The notes under the pieces: model-generated | The model's input: the letters and a program-made list of their open reading frames with translations, nothing else | Databases searched by the model: none | Told to the model about the DNA's origin: nothing | Part shown: in pieces, positions 50,700 to 62,918 of the stretch | Numbering within the stretch: position 1 is the first letter of the stretch | How the letters are laid out: each line of letters begins with the position of its first letter | Translations under genes and position numbers: made by a program | From: Nemertoderma westbladi | Taxonomy: Eukaryota; Animalia; Xenacoelomorpha | Reading direction: 5' to 3' | Length of the DNA: 64,000 nucleotides | Assembly (NCBI GenBank): GCA_032718475.1 | Contig: JAUCBJ010002740.1 | Location: forward strand, 979 to 64,978

Positions 50700-52140
50700 T
50701 TGTGCAAAGGGGCGCCTCAAAGCCGATAGTCCCGAATAACGTGTTGGGAAGTGGAAAATCACTTCAGCAACTTGCTTGGGCAACCACCAAACATCGAGAT
50801 GAACACCAAACATCATTGACCTACAAAGAATATATAAGACAAGACGCTACCCATAGAAACAGAATACTTTACACCTGTCAAACTCCAGAGAAACTTTAAT
50901 TAAAAGTGCTGGTGCTGAACAGACCATTGTTGGATGTTTGCAACCGGATGCTGAAAGCGGAAGAGCTACCGCCAATTTGGACTAAAGGTCAACTAGAACC
51001 AGGAAAGGAGACTTCGGTATACCAACAAACTATCGTGGGATCTGTCTGCTTGTGGTATCTGCCAAAAATACAACAAAATGATCCTATATAAAATTAGACC
51101 TCACATAGAGAAACTGTTGCGTCAGAGCATGGAATGCTATATAGAGAGTCTCTATATAGCATTCCACGAACCTCCGCATGAACCTTCCATGAAATATTCT
51201 ATACCGACGGCAGTCGTACAGAAGACTAAAGCGGGATCAGTGCAAGCTGCTGTCCTTAGACGAGCTTTAAAGGTTGTGCGCCCTCGACCCCTTCAGTCCT
51301 CCGATAAACGTGTCGATATCTATATAGCATTCCATGGTCAGAGCCAAAATGGATTTCGACCAAATAGGTCACCAATAGCTCAGATACTTGCGCTATGGAT
51401 GCTGATTGAATATGAGTATAGATACCGTCGGGTCTACCTCTACGTAATTCGGAAATACCTCAATCTCAACTACAATGAGGATAACTTAGATACTTCACCA
51501 ATAATAGATGAGAGAATGTAATATCACCGAGAGGAAGGTGATATATGACGTATCTAATCAATATGCACTTAAGTGAAACTACAACAAAACCTCCGGTAAA
51601 TATAACCAATATTGGTAACATCTGGCTAATCTGTCGTTAACACTTTACTCATCTTTGTCCTAATCCGAGAGCTGTAAATGGCCCCTTTTCTAGATTCATT
51701 GTCCCCCTACACCACCGATATAAGCGTCACCAATTATAATAGCACTTCTCAATGGGCTCTTAGTAGTACTAATTAACCCAGCATTTGTTTAGTACAATCC
51801 ATAATTGTTTGCTCACTTCCTGTTATGTATCCAACTCCACTTTACAGCCAATATTATATCCAAGGGTATTGCTTATCTATTGCCATTATTGATTAAATAT
51901 TATTCACTCACATTGAAGGAATCAAAGAACCTTCCTGCAGTCCTGATATTTGTGGACATCAAGAAACTGTTCGACTACTTCCATAGAAATTGTAATGCTG
52001 GAAATCCTAAGAGCTTATGGAATACCAGAAGTAATTGTTGCTGGTATTGGATTGTTACATTGTGACACAGAAGCACATGTACTTTTCAATCCTGCCTGGA
52101 GTACTAGAAGGCGCCATTACTATTCATAATGGTATTGGAT
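50700..52140 (+). mobile_element. Decayed RTE-like non-LTR retrotransposon RT fragments with nested insertions
   Basis: WKNHFSNLLG, TNYRGICL, KIRPHIEKLLR|QNGFRPNRS..AQIL, NLPAVLIFVDIKKLFD and ILRAYGIP across frames. Confidence 0.8.
51128..51336. mobile_element. MITE with CATGG termini (P-element-like) inserted into the LINE RT
   Basis: TIR CATGGAATGCTATATAGA...TCTATATAGCATTCCATG; 7-bp TSD GTCAGAG; removing it restores LLRQSQNGFR. Confidence 0.85.
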
Positions 52141-53043
52141 AATAATACACATAATAATAGATTCAGGCTTTTCTAACCAAGACAAACAATCTCATTAACA
52201 TAAGAGGGTAAGGACCAAGTTAAAGAGGCGTGATTACCAAACCAAAACAATAAATCATTAGTATCAATTTACTCCTGCTACTACTGTTCCCATCTTAACT
52301 ATGACTTATAACTCCTTGGCATAGACATACCAGTTCATTTCTTCATTACTGTACTAGGTCGAGCGAGATAGAACAGTGGAAATAAGGTCCTTCAAGGCTT
52401 TCCAATTCTTCATCCATAGTTGTCGCAATGACATTTCTCCCTATTCCAGACTAGGTTTTAAGTCTATATACTGTATGTTGTAGCCGGTCGTCCACGGCAA
52501 CTCTTGCCATGTTTAGTTAAAATAAGTTTAAGTATAATCAATTAAATTGACATCAATAAAATAAAAATATTATTGCACAGCACATATTGCAAGATTAAAA
52601 TAAAATCTGATTATTACTGTACATACAATCGTACAAACAATAGTAAACTATAATGATATGATAAAATATGCCGATACGTTAGGGAGTTATAAACTTAGTT
52701 AAACTATTATATGTTAGTTACTAAGTGTTAGCATAGCAATAAAACCTTATTATTATTTGTATTGGAAAATTTTGTCGTGCTTTGTTTTGAAGTTAAATCA
52801 AGACAATATCCCCTTGATGTATTTCTCGCTTGACTCTCCCTTAGCCGAAGGTGATCCATTGCTAATATTTACTAAGAGCGTTTTTTTACTGTAGTCATAT
52901 AGTAACATCGATTTTAGCGAAGGGCAGGGGAAATACTTGTTACACTTTTCAAAAGTGGAAGCGAGGCCCTGTTAGATTGGCAAGGACCGTTGAAAAGAGT
53001 TGAATCGCCAATTGGGTGCGCGTTGCATTCGAATCAACAGCCC

Positions 53044-54198
53044 AATGGCCGCACGGAAGGATTCAATGGCCGCACGAAAGTTTAAATGGCCTCACGGAAG
53101 GATTCAATGGCCACACGGGAGGATTCAATGGCCACACGGAAGGATTTAATGGCCACACGGAAGGATTCAATGGCCACACGAAAGGATTCAATGGCCACAC
53201 GGAAGGATTCAATGGCCACACGGAAGGATTCAATGGCCACACGGAAGGATTCAATGGCCGCACGGAAGGATTCAATGGCCACACGGAAGGATTCGAAGGC
53301 CGCACGGAAGAATTCAATGGCCACACGGAAGGATTCAATGGCCACACGGAAGGATTCAATGGCCGCACGGAAGGATTCAATGGCCACACGGAAGGATTCG
53401 AAGGCCGCACGGAAGGATTCAATGGCCACACGGGTGGATTCAATGGCCACACGGAAGGATTTAATGGCCACACGGAAGGATTCAATGGCCACACGAAAGG
53501 ATTCAATGGCCACACGGAAGGATTCAATGGCCGCACGGAAGGATTCAATGGCCACACGGAAGGATTCGAAGGCCGCACGGAAGGATTCAATGGCCACACG
53601 GAAGGATTCAATGGCCGCACGGAAGTTTAAATGGCCTCACGGAAGGATTCAATGGCCGCAGGGAAGGATTCAATGGCCACACGGGAGGATTCAATGGCCA
53701 CACGGAAGGATTTAATGGCCACACGGAAGGATTCAATGGCCACACGAAAGGATTCAATGGCCACACGGAAGGATTCAATGGCCACACGGAAGGATTCAAT
53801 GGCCACACGGAAGGATTCAATGGCCACACGGAAGGATTCAATGGCCACACGAAAGGATTCGAAGGCCGCACGGAAGGATTCAATGGCCACACGGAAGGAT
53901 TCAATGGCCACACGGAAGGATTCAATGGCCGCACGGAATGATTCAATGGCCGCACGGAAGATTCAATGGCCGCACGGAAGGATTCGAAGGCCGCACGGAA
54001 GGATTCAATGGCCACACGGAAGGATTCAATGGCCACACGGAAGGATTTAATGGCCGCACGGAAGGATTCAATGGCCGCACGGAAGGATTCAATGGCCGCA
54101 CGGAAGGATTCAATGGCCGCACGGAAGGATTAAATGGCCGCACGGAAGGATTCAATGGCCGCACGGAAGGATTCAATGGCCGCACGGAAGGATTCAAT
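53044..54198. repeat. 21-bp minisatellite, ~55 copies (AATGGCCACACGGAAGGATTC)
   Basis: Direct reading; internal duplication at a ~545-bp offset marked by AAGTTTAAATGGCCTCACGG (~53078 and ~53623). Confidence 0.96.
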
Positions 54199-54239
54199 GT
54201 CTATATCGTTTGTCTTAAATAATTTTAAAATTAGAGTTG

Positions 54240-55700
54240 CTTACATAGCTAAGCTACCGACATGGAGGAGGCTGCGTAGTTTCTTCTGATAGTGTACATT
54301 TACAGCTTCCCTTGCCTCCTCTGTTACAGCTCCCATCTGGAATATTAGGTTATAGAGTAGTACTGGTTTGGCGTACGAGTTCCATAAGGTTGCAACGTCG
54401 TCAACTCTAACATGCTTTGCGTCCACCCGGTTCGTTTGAAAGTTTTACTCACCACAGTAATTGGTTTGATACACTCGTTATATATCTTTGTTTTTGTAGC
54501 TTTAATTTTAAAATCTAGGAGATTTAAAGGCGTTGAAACGGCAACTAAGTTGCCATTGATAGTTCGAATTATTGGAGTAATGTAATGAGGTTTTCAATTG
54601 AGTAGCCATCCATTTGGTTTTCTGCTGCTCGATTCGTACGTAATAATCCAATGGATTTGAGATTGGTTTGAATTTAGTCAGTCATAGTTAGTTTCTATGT
54701 CATTCGGGTTTGTTTGTAAGAATATCATCAGCATAGATTGTAAGGGCCTATCCAGATCCCATTACTGAAACAGCCAATACCCCTGTTCTTCAGGCTAGCA
54801 GTAGTGCTGTCAGCGGTATAGAAGTTGAAAGGGTATGTGAGTATGTGAGATTAGCGATCCCCCTTTGACCACGTTTGACCAGAAAACCTTATTTGTCAAT
54901 GCTGTTACAGAAATTCGACCAATCGCGTAGTATTCAAGTAGTGAGCTGCAGACGTGTGGATCTATAGCAGTCGTTTGCTTCTTAAACAGATGCGAACGGC
55001 CCACATTGTCGAAAGCATCTTGGATGTCCATACTCCATCTGAAACATGTACACTTGCTTCCCAGGTTGACGTTGGTTCTCAATTGCCTCCAGTATAGTAC
55101 CAACTACGATATCCGCACCGATATTATTTTTATATGCTACTTGGTGTTCATTTTGCAAGAGATCTGCTAATAGTGTTTTCTCACTAGGGACTCAAACACT
55201 TATCGAAAGACGCATTGCCCATTATGACTTCCCGTTATTTATGTTTTTCCCTTTTCCTTTGTGTATAGTTGTGGCATCTGTGCTACCAAATTGAGTTGGC
55301 AGTCGGCCAATATTTAAAGCGCATTCTAGAATTTTCCTTATATGCTCGCTGTCTCTCTACGTTAGTATGAGTGAAAGGTTAGGGCTTCACGGTCAGGTGC
55401 CTTTCCTTGAGAAAGGATCCATGTAACTGGTATTACTGGTGTGTGTGAATTTATGCATCTTTTATTTACTTGATCTGTAATATTGCCGTTATCTTTAGTC
55501 TCGGTGTGCAATTTTCCTGGGGTTCCCAATATCTGTCCTGTAGTTGCGTATTGACCCCTGTACAGTGTACACTGGTCGAGGTTGGTGGTGGATCTCATCG
55601 TTTGGTTGAGAAGAAATGCCAGAATTGTTAGGGGTCTTTAATTTTCTTGTTAGAATAATGTCCGATTTTGTCCTGTAATCTGTTGTTTGTTAAGAAATTA
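54240..55700 (-). mobile_element. Decayed non-LTR retrotransposon RT, antisense in the intron
   Basis: MDIQDAFDNV.R..LFKK, VVKGGSLIS, IYADDI (~54722-54739 minus) and LWNSYAKPVLLYN fragments with frameshifts. Confidence 0.7.
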
Positions 55701-55819
55701 GGTTACGTAGGTCCCGGTTGTCCTTTTGGATTCCCGAAAAGCGGCATGCAGTTTAATTCCATAGTCCGTCTCTTTGTTCGTTAAGTGTGACCAAGCATTG
55801 TAGAGCCTTTTGGTTGTTT

Positions 55820-56100
55820 GTGGGGCGAGCCACGAAGTGAGTGAGCCTTAGCGTAGTGGTACCATTAATCAACCTGTCGTTCTGTCGTTCTGTCGTTCTG
55901 TCGTGTTCAATTTTAAACGTTAATAACTCGGCCAATCTTTGATGAAATCTATCCAAACTTGGTACACATGTTGTTTGGCAAAAGTTTAGAAATTTTCCAA
56001 GTAGAATTTCCGTGTGGCCTTCGAGAAGCTAAGATAATAGCAGTTAATTAGTTAATTAAGTTGATTGCGGTGAAAACGCCATTTTCAACCTGCCTTTTAA
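55820..56100 (+). mobile_element. DINE-1/Helentron-like non-autonomous repeat fragment
   Basis: GGGGCGAGCCACGAAGT head (as at 17547), (CTGTCGTT)3 microsatellite, ATAACTC and AAACTTGGTACACATG motifs. Confidence 0.5.
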
Positions 56101-58120
56101 AGGAAATTAATTGTTTTACAGTATAAGATTTAAATAATTATACTTAAAAATTATACAGATATAATCCCCATACGCCATTCTATTATAGTTTTTAATTAGT
56201 TTAAGTGATTTGCTTTAATAAATGTGTCTTTAATTGATCTAAACGTAATTAAACCGCACAATTATTGAGTACAAATTTAATCCTTCCCATTATTGGTCAA
56301 GTCTCTGCTGGTGTGGAGCTAGCTGCTGGGAGTTGTGGCTGTAGACTAACCTGAGAGGAATTGTAATAGAGGCAACCAGTATTGCTATTCCAGCCCAATC
56401 ACTGAATTGTGTTTATTATAGGCTGGACGGGCCGCATAACCGTTCGACTATTACTACTATTGCTATCTCAGTTAAATGACAGATATAATAACATAAATAC
56501 AATCCATGACATGGCTGTTGTAGGCTTCTGAAATAGTTTATTCCACAATGTATATGTCTGGTTATTTTTTAATTGAATTTTTGCAAAGTAGTAAAATTAA
56601 TGTTCTTAAAAATAATATTATTATTTTATATGTAACCTAGGAAATTAGCTACATTTTTTCGCTGCAGCTTTAAGAGTGTACATTGATTTAATATTATTTC
56701 AATACCCATATTACTACATCGGCATAAGATGCGTTGGCGTTGTATCACACATCTCCACATATCACACATCTCCACATAGATGTATCAACAGTTACTCGCA
56801 CAGTTTCGAAACTTCGCATAGTTATAACTGTATAAAGATCGTCAGTCTGCGTTTAGGAAAAATATTTTATGACAAAACAGGACAAGCGACGAGCGCAACG
56901 AGGCATATAATGAAGACGAGTACTGCGTTGACTAAATTATTATATAAACCACCTGGCTTCACATATTGATCGCATCCCTAGTTATTATTATTATAAAGAT
57001 CGTCCTAGCTTGCGTTTAAGAAATATATTTAAATACAAAACAGTACGAACGCAAAGAGGCTTATAATGAAAACGAGTACTGCGTTTATTATATTCCTATA
57101 AACCACCTGGCTTTGCATATTTAACGTGCGATTGGAAATAAGTTCGTGCTACCCTTCCGTGGGTGGTAGATGTCGCGGTTATGTATTGGTGGTTGGGAAG
57201 GGTGGGGGGGGGGGGGGAGATTAAAAGGGGTGAACACGTATTGTCCACCTTTCTTTGATTGATTGGTGGTGTGGGTAAATTTCTCAAAACCTGATTTTGT
57301 GATACAGTCGCTGCATTTTAATTTGTATATAATAACTAGGCCTCGTGCTGCGCGAAGTCCCCACGAACGTGTATTCCTGCGGACTATAATTTACTTAATA
57401 CATTTTGATGCAGCTACTTGCAGAATATTGGTCAAAGCTAGCATATAATTTTCCATTGCGTCAAAGATCCATGAGGATGGGGATGGTGGAAATTCCTGTT
57501 CAAGAATGTTGAGTTGTGTTGATGGTGTGATGTGTTGAGTCATGTGTTGATTGCCAGAAAAGTTGATGACCTAGCCTTTACTTCTTCAGCAGCGCCAACT
57601 GAGTCACAGTCTGCGCTCTCGGGCCAATTACTGGGATAGAGAGTCGTTAGCGATCAAGTACAGTAATGCAGCATTACCTATCCTATACCTGGTAGGCAGT
57701 AGTGGACAGATCGAATTATCGATATGTATGTTTAAAATGACTAGCATTTCCGAATGACCTGTCAATAAAGAGTCAATAGTTCAATTCACTGAACAACACA
57801 TACCAGGACATCTAAACGTAAAAAAACAAAAAAAAATAACAAAATAAAATTTGATGGGACACGAAAAGGTTTTCTGCATTCTCATAGTCACTTATCTTTC
57901 TTATTGGCAATGTTGTTTTATTGATTGCACGAAATAACTGACTGTATGTGTATGAGACTTCAATGTCCTTAAATTTGTATCTTTAGTGGACTGATAGTTG
58001 TCATGATGGCACTGATAGTTGTCATGATGGCACTGATAGTTGTCATGATGGCGTTTCTAGTATTCCACTATTCCATCATCTTTTATACTACTGTATATAT
58101 ATTTTTTGTTATTCTTAAAG

Positions 58121-58519
58121 AGGAAGTTACTATTCCAGCGACATTCGTAAGCGAGAAAGTTGGACCCAGTGGACCTGAAGCCAAATGCGGATACGATATC
58201 AACGTGAGTTACGAGCAGGGCGAGGATGAAGTGCGTGCTATCATAGACAGGTCGATCAGCTGCATCCAAACCATAACTATATCATCCAAAGGCATTTACA
58301 GCCCCGATCTGTGTTTTGCCGATCGTGATGGCAACAAGCATCCATTCGATGTCTGGACCAATACAAAGTGCAGTCAGAGCACTACTGAATGTCTCGAGAC
58401 CATTGTTGTTGAAGACAAGAACTTACTGCCCGTCACGAAATTGCAGGTTGGGGATACCGGTTCGTCCAGTGAGGTGATATACAGCGAGACTGTCAGTGAC
58501 ATAGTCTGCAAAAAGGCAG
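58121..58519 (+). CDS. Coding exon 5: Caspr/COLFI-like repeat 3
   Basis: TTCTTAAAG acceptor and G|GTTAGT donor; 399 nt, phase 1-1. Confidence 0.9.
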
Positions 58520-59219
58520 GTTAGTTTGTTTGTTGTCAGATGCACACCACAGTTAGATGCGCAAATGGACCGCAAATAAAAACGTGATCCCCAACTCATA
58601 TAAAATAAAGTTTTGTTCATTGTTTTGGTTAGAAAACACTAACACTGCAATCTGCTCATTAATGTTTTAAATTAAATTAAATTAAATTAAGGTTTTAAAC
58701 CCTCTAATCACATTTGGTGTTTGTGGTAATTTTGCGCCATTAACTCCAGTTGCACTATTAATTGATTGCAATCCTTATTTATGTGCAGGTTTGTTAAAGT
58801 GTTCATTAACAATTTATTCGTTTTTGACGCCCCTTGGCGACCAGAGCCAACATTTTATTTTTGACTTAAAATGCTATTCCTTCTTATGCTTTATTTTCAG
58901 AAGTACTGATAGTAACCTGTTTTTTGGAATCAACAATTGTCGATTACGTGATAAAATTCGAGAAAATTTTTTTCGTTACCTTTTAAGGAAAATACCGCGA
59001 ATTATCAAAATATATTTCAAATTGTCAAAAAAACGGCTGCATTTCACGTAAAACAAGTTATAACAGATTAATAATGGCAATACTAAAAACACAGCTCGAA
59101 TTTATTATTGCGCGCACGACTAGCTTATTTGATACAAAAAAGTAAAAATTTGTTTAAACATTTAAAATTGCACAGGAGTAGTAATTATAAAATGAAAAAA
59201 TGCTATTCCGAGATAATTT

Positions 59220-59560
59220 CCTTTAAATTTTGAACCTTCCCACGCAAAAACTGTCTGTTAATATGTAAGAATGTCTGTCAATATATGTATATCTAGCTAC
59301 AAGAAAGCACCAAACAATGCTGAGATTTTTGCTATGGTGGTTTTCCTGGTCGCTGATTTCATTTCTGAGGTCAGTTTTCTCTTTTAATGACTTTAGTTTT
59401 CTGTATGTCTGTTTGTCGGTCAGTTTGACTGTCCGAAGGTCTGTCTTTCAAAATGTAAGAAAATGGCACACCACCATTTAGCCATAAGTTCAGCTACAGG
59501 GGTTGTCCTGGTCGCAAAATTCATTTCTGATTTCAGTTTTTACATTTGATGGCTTTCAAA
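59220..59560 (-). mobile_element. Dispersed repeat copy (family of 11690-11930)
   Basis: AACCTTCCCACGCAAAA and GGTCGCTGATTTCATTTCTGAGGTCAGTTTT are diverged reverse complements of motifs at 11770-11920. Confidence 0.6.
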
Positions 59561-59973
59561 CTATCTGTCTTTGACAGTAAATGACTTTTACGTAAACTGA
59601 ATTACTTTATCTGGGCTCCAGTTGCTACTGTACCATCCTGGAATCTGGTGTCCTAATATGAGAGGCTCGTGTTACTCATCATTAACCAATGCAACAATTG
59701 ATAATTTCGAGAACTCCCCCTTAAATCTTACATTTTGTAAACTCCTCATCCAGTAAGCCTCCAGTCCCGCCTAAAGAGTCTGGGGTTGAGAAATTCAGTG
59801 CAAAATCTCCTGGTCGAAATGTGCGGGGCGAAATGTCATACGGGGCGAAAAGGTCCGGAGACCAAATAGTGTAGTAAGAAAGGTCAGCGACAAAAATTGG
59901 GAACGAAAAGTCCGCAATGACCAGAGATAGTAGAGGTCTGAGTTGTTAATTATCCCGTCATTGTTTCATACAG

Positions 59974-60371
59974 GAAGGTTGACAATTCCCGCAACACTCG
60001 TAAGCGAGAAGGTTGGACCAAATGGTCCTGAAGCCAAGTGCGGATACGATATCAACGTGAGTTATGAGAAGAGCGATGCGGAACTGCGCGCTCTGATAGA
60101 CGCAGCCTACAGCTGCCACCAAGTCGTTACCACCTCAACCCAATACATCTACAGCCCCGATCTGTGTTTTGTTGATCGTGATGGCAACAAGCATCCATTC
60201 GATGTCTGGACCAATACAAAGTGCAGTCAGAGCACTACTGAATGTCTCGAGTTCATAGTAGTTGACGATAAGAAGTTACTTCCCATCACGAAATTGGCGG
60301 TTGGGGATACCGGTTCGTCCAATGAGGTGATCTACAGTGAGAGTGTCAGTGAGATAGTCTGCGACGTCTAA
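59974..60371 (+). CDS. Terminal coding exon 6: Caspr/COLFI-like repeat 4 with stop codon
   Basis: TTTCATACAG acceptor, phase 1; ends CDV-TAA with no donor; AATAAA at 60695-60700. Confidence 0.9.
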
Positions 60372-62291
60372 TTCTATTTATTCTGTTGGTCATGAGCTCA
60401 TGGTGATAGATAACTTGGTGACCGGTTTTTTTTGTTTCTTTGTGCAGATCAGCTACATATACCTGCTACATATAATTTTGGTTGTCAAAATGCTTCACCA
60501 AAGAACTTTAGTGTTCAAAGCGGTTCATTAAATATATAGAAAATTTGGTGTTCAAAATGCTCAATTATTGTACTTGTTTTTGCCTGTAATGGAATAGTGG
60601 TGCTTTTCTGCTACAGTAGACAACGCATTCTTTGCTGGGTGTTGGTGTGTAGCAATTAGTAAATTAATATATATATAATTATTATATAATAATCAATAAA
60701 TAATTTTATTATATATTATGTGGTTGTTATCAAATAAGAGGCCAACCCGCTACTGTTGGGTTAAATAGATACAGGTATACGGGGTATACGGGGATACGGG
60801 TAAATAGATACACAGCTAGAGTTGCGGCACTATAAGTCCATAGTGGAGCCTTATTTTACCCCGGTTTTGTTAAAGCCACAAAACTCCATTACTCTTGTAA
60901 GGAACTCGTAGGGGTATCCCCGTGTCGCGCAAAGGTCCTGGTAGTCTACTTTTGTTCTGTGGAATGTCCAGGGGGTACGTGAGAGTCTATAGAAGCGGAG
61001 AAGTTGGTCTCGTACGACTAGGAAAAATAGCATAATTTAGGATAAATAACTCCCCGGGGACCCTCTCACTCCAGGACAAGCTCTACAGCGTCCAGTTATA
61101 TATGTATAGGTATTAATTAGGATTGAAACAAAGAACTCTAATCATTTGCCTGCTTACTTTTATTCCGAATATTATTGGCAGGAGTTGATGAATTTGGCTG
61201 TCATATAATACCGTAACCCTTTAACCTTACCCGGTCTATATTCCCATACATTATACATTAATAACAAACCTAAACCATATAGATATAATAACAAACCATT
61301 ATTATAGAAATATTTTGGCAATAAGAGTAAGCAGAGATTTATGATTTCACATTGTCTTAGGGACAGTTTGGGGCCTCTGGTTGTGACCAGTCAACCCATT
61401 ATTCCTGTTGTTTTCTCACGAGGTTTAATACCGTAATAATGTAGAGCCTTTTGGTCAACTTGTCTTCCAAGAACTCGTTGGCCAAGTTATAAAACAACAC
61501 CAATTTATTATTAGAACACCCATCAATTAATAGTTCCCCATTGAATATTACAAACAACTGCGGGGTAACTCTTTATACAGTATAATTGTCCTTTAAATTA
61601 TGATAACCTATTATATTGAAAGTGATGTTTATTAAATTATACTGTACTATATACATTTTAAAGATGGAGGAGAGCTTTATAGCTGTTTTACTTTTAATTC
61701 CTACTTTGTGGAATATTTTAGAAATACACAACACTGCTGATTGTTCAACATTGGGAGTTAGTGTGGCTCCTTCTCGCCTTACAGTTAACCGCAGTCGAGA
61801 GAGGAGCCTCCGGATTGGCCAGACCATGGTGTTTCATGTTTACCGATAACTTTACATACTTTACTATTCTAGAAAGCCTTGAGGAAATGTAAAATGGTTA
61901 ATTCAATAGATAGCTGTAAAATAGCACTTTATAACATTTTTATAATAACGAATAATAATTATATGCTGCCATATTTAACATTATGGCTAGAGATAAATAA
62001 GTATTTCAATAAAATAATGTTAATTTTAAAATGTAGACTATAGCGCAGAGTGTTGCAATATTGTAACAGTAATTATAAGGATAGGCAAAGGCGATACTTT
62101 ATAGTCATGCAATTTAGGCCGACATCGTAATCATTTTCTAGAATATTTCAATCTTCTATGTAGCTAAACGGTATATTTTCGCTATTATAGGATATTTATA
62201 TATTTTTTGGTAAACACTGAAATATTGTAACTTTATTTGGGTACCAAACACACAACATTAATTCATCAAACTTCACGAGTATTCAGTCCCC

Positions 62292-62918
62292 ATGGAAGTA
62301 TGTAAGAAATATCTTCATGGAAAACAAAAAAGTCAGACATCTGGACAAAAACATCGGGTAGCTGGAGAGACAAAATCATCGGAAATAGGAAGAACTGACA
62401 TCGATAAATTTAATCGATACTGTAAGAGATTCAATGCTGACAAACCCCCATGGGTGGTTGGGAGGCGTGCGAAAGTAATGCACTGCGAAAACTCGAGTAA
62501 AAATGATGCCACGATGAAATGTTATGAAATAACTGACAGCTGTTTATATACTGATTCTAGAATTCGTAATCCTTCTGGGCTAAGCGTAGAAGGGCATGGA
62601 TGTAAGACAGAAGACTTGTACAAACACAACCTCCGAACTCGTCTCTGCAATAGTATCTCTCCGCTCCATCTGCTTCCATCTAAACCCAATCAGCATAACT
62701 TTCTGTCCGCCTCTCGACATGAACATTCGCACTCTTGTAAACCACTCACCAGCTACCGTAGTAACGGCGGTTTCGCGACCTGTGCTACCCGAAGACTCCC
62801 CAGTGCCACGTTGCTATACAGTTGTCCGACAGACAGTCCGGGCTCGTTTACGCGGGATAGCCCAATTACTCCAGACAGAGGCAGTGATGAGTCGGGGTTC
62901 TATTCAGATCATTATTAA
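62292..62918 (+). CDS. Hypothetical 208-aa Ser/Cys/His-rich, probably disordered protein (or the last exon of a gene)
   Basis: Long non-repetitive ORF with raised GC in very AT-rich flanks; no domain recognised. Confidence 0.5.
   Translation: MEVCKKYLHGKQKSQTSGQKHRVAGETKSSEIGRTDIDKFNRYCKRFNADKPPWVVGRRAKVMHCENSSKNDATMKCYEITDSCLYTDSRIRNPSGLSVEGHGCKTEDLYKHNLRTRLCNSISPLHLLPSKPNQHNFLSASRHEHSHSCKPLTSYRSNGGFATCATRRLPSATLLYSCPTDSPGSFTRDSPITPDRGSDESGFYSDHY

Noticed and set aside
53016-54222. NGHTEGF heptad-repeat protein
   Set aside because: Open in several frames on both strands and broken by indels; no convincing splice sites.
47070-57120. Short local direct duplications (~47075/47264, ~56831/56992; also 5512/5566)
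   Set aside because: Two-copy diverged duplications with no additional structure.
58003-58120. Hydrophobic N-terminus (MMALIVV)n as a signal peptide for repeat 3
   Set aside because: Derived from a 21-bp intronic tandem repeat and the polypyrimidine tract; homology starts at the acceptor at 58120.
36436-60371. Four separate paralogous single-exon genes
   Set aside because: None has its own ATG or signal peptide at the homologous start; each begins at an AG acceptor in phase 1 and the first three end at a GT donor.
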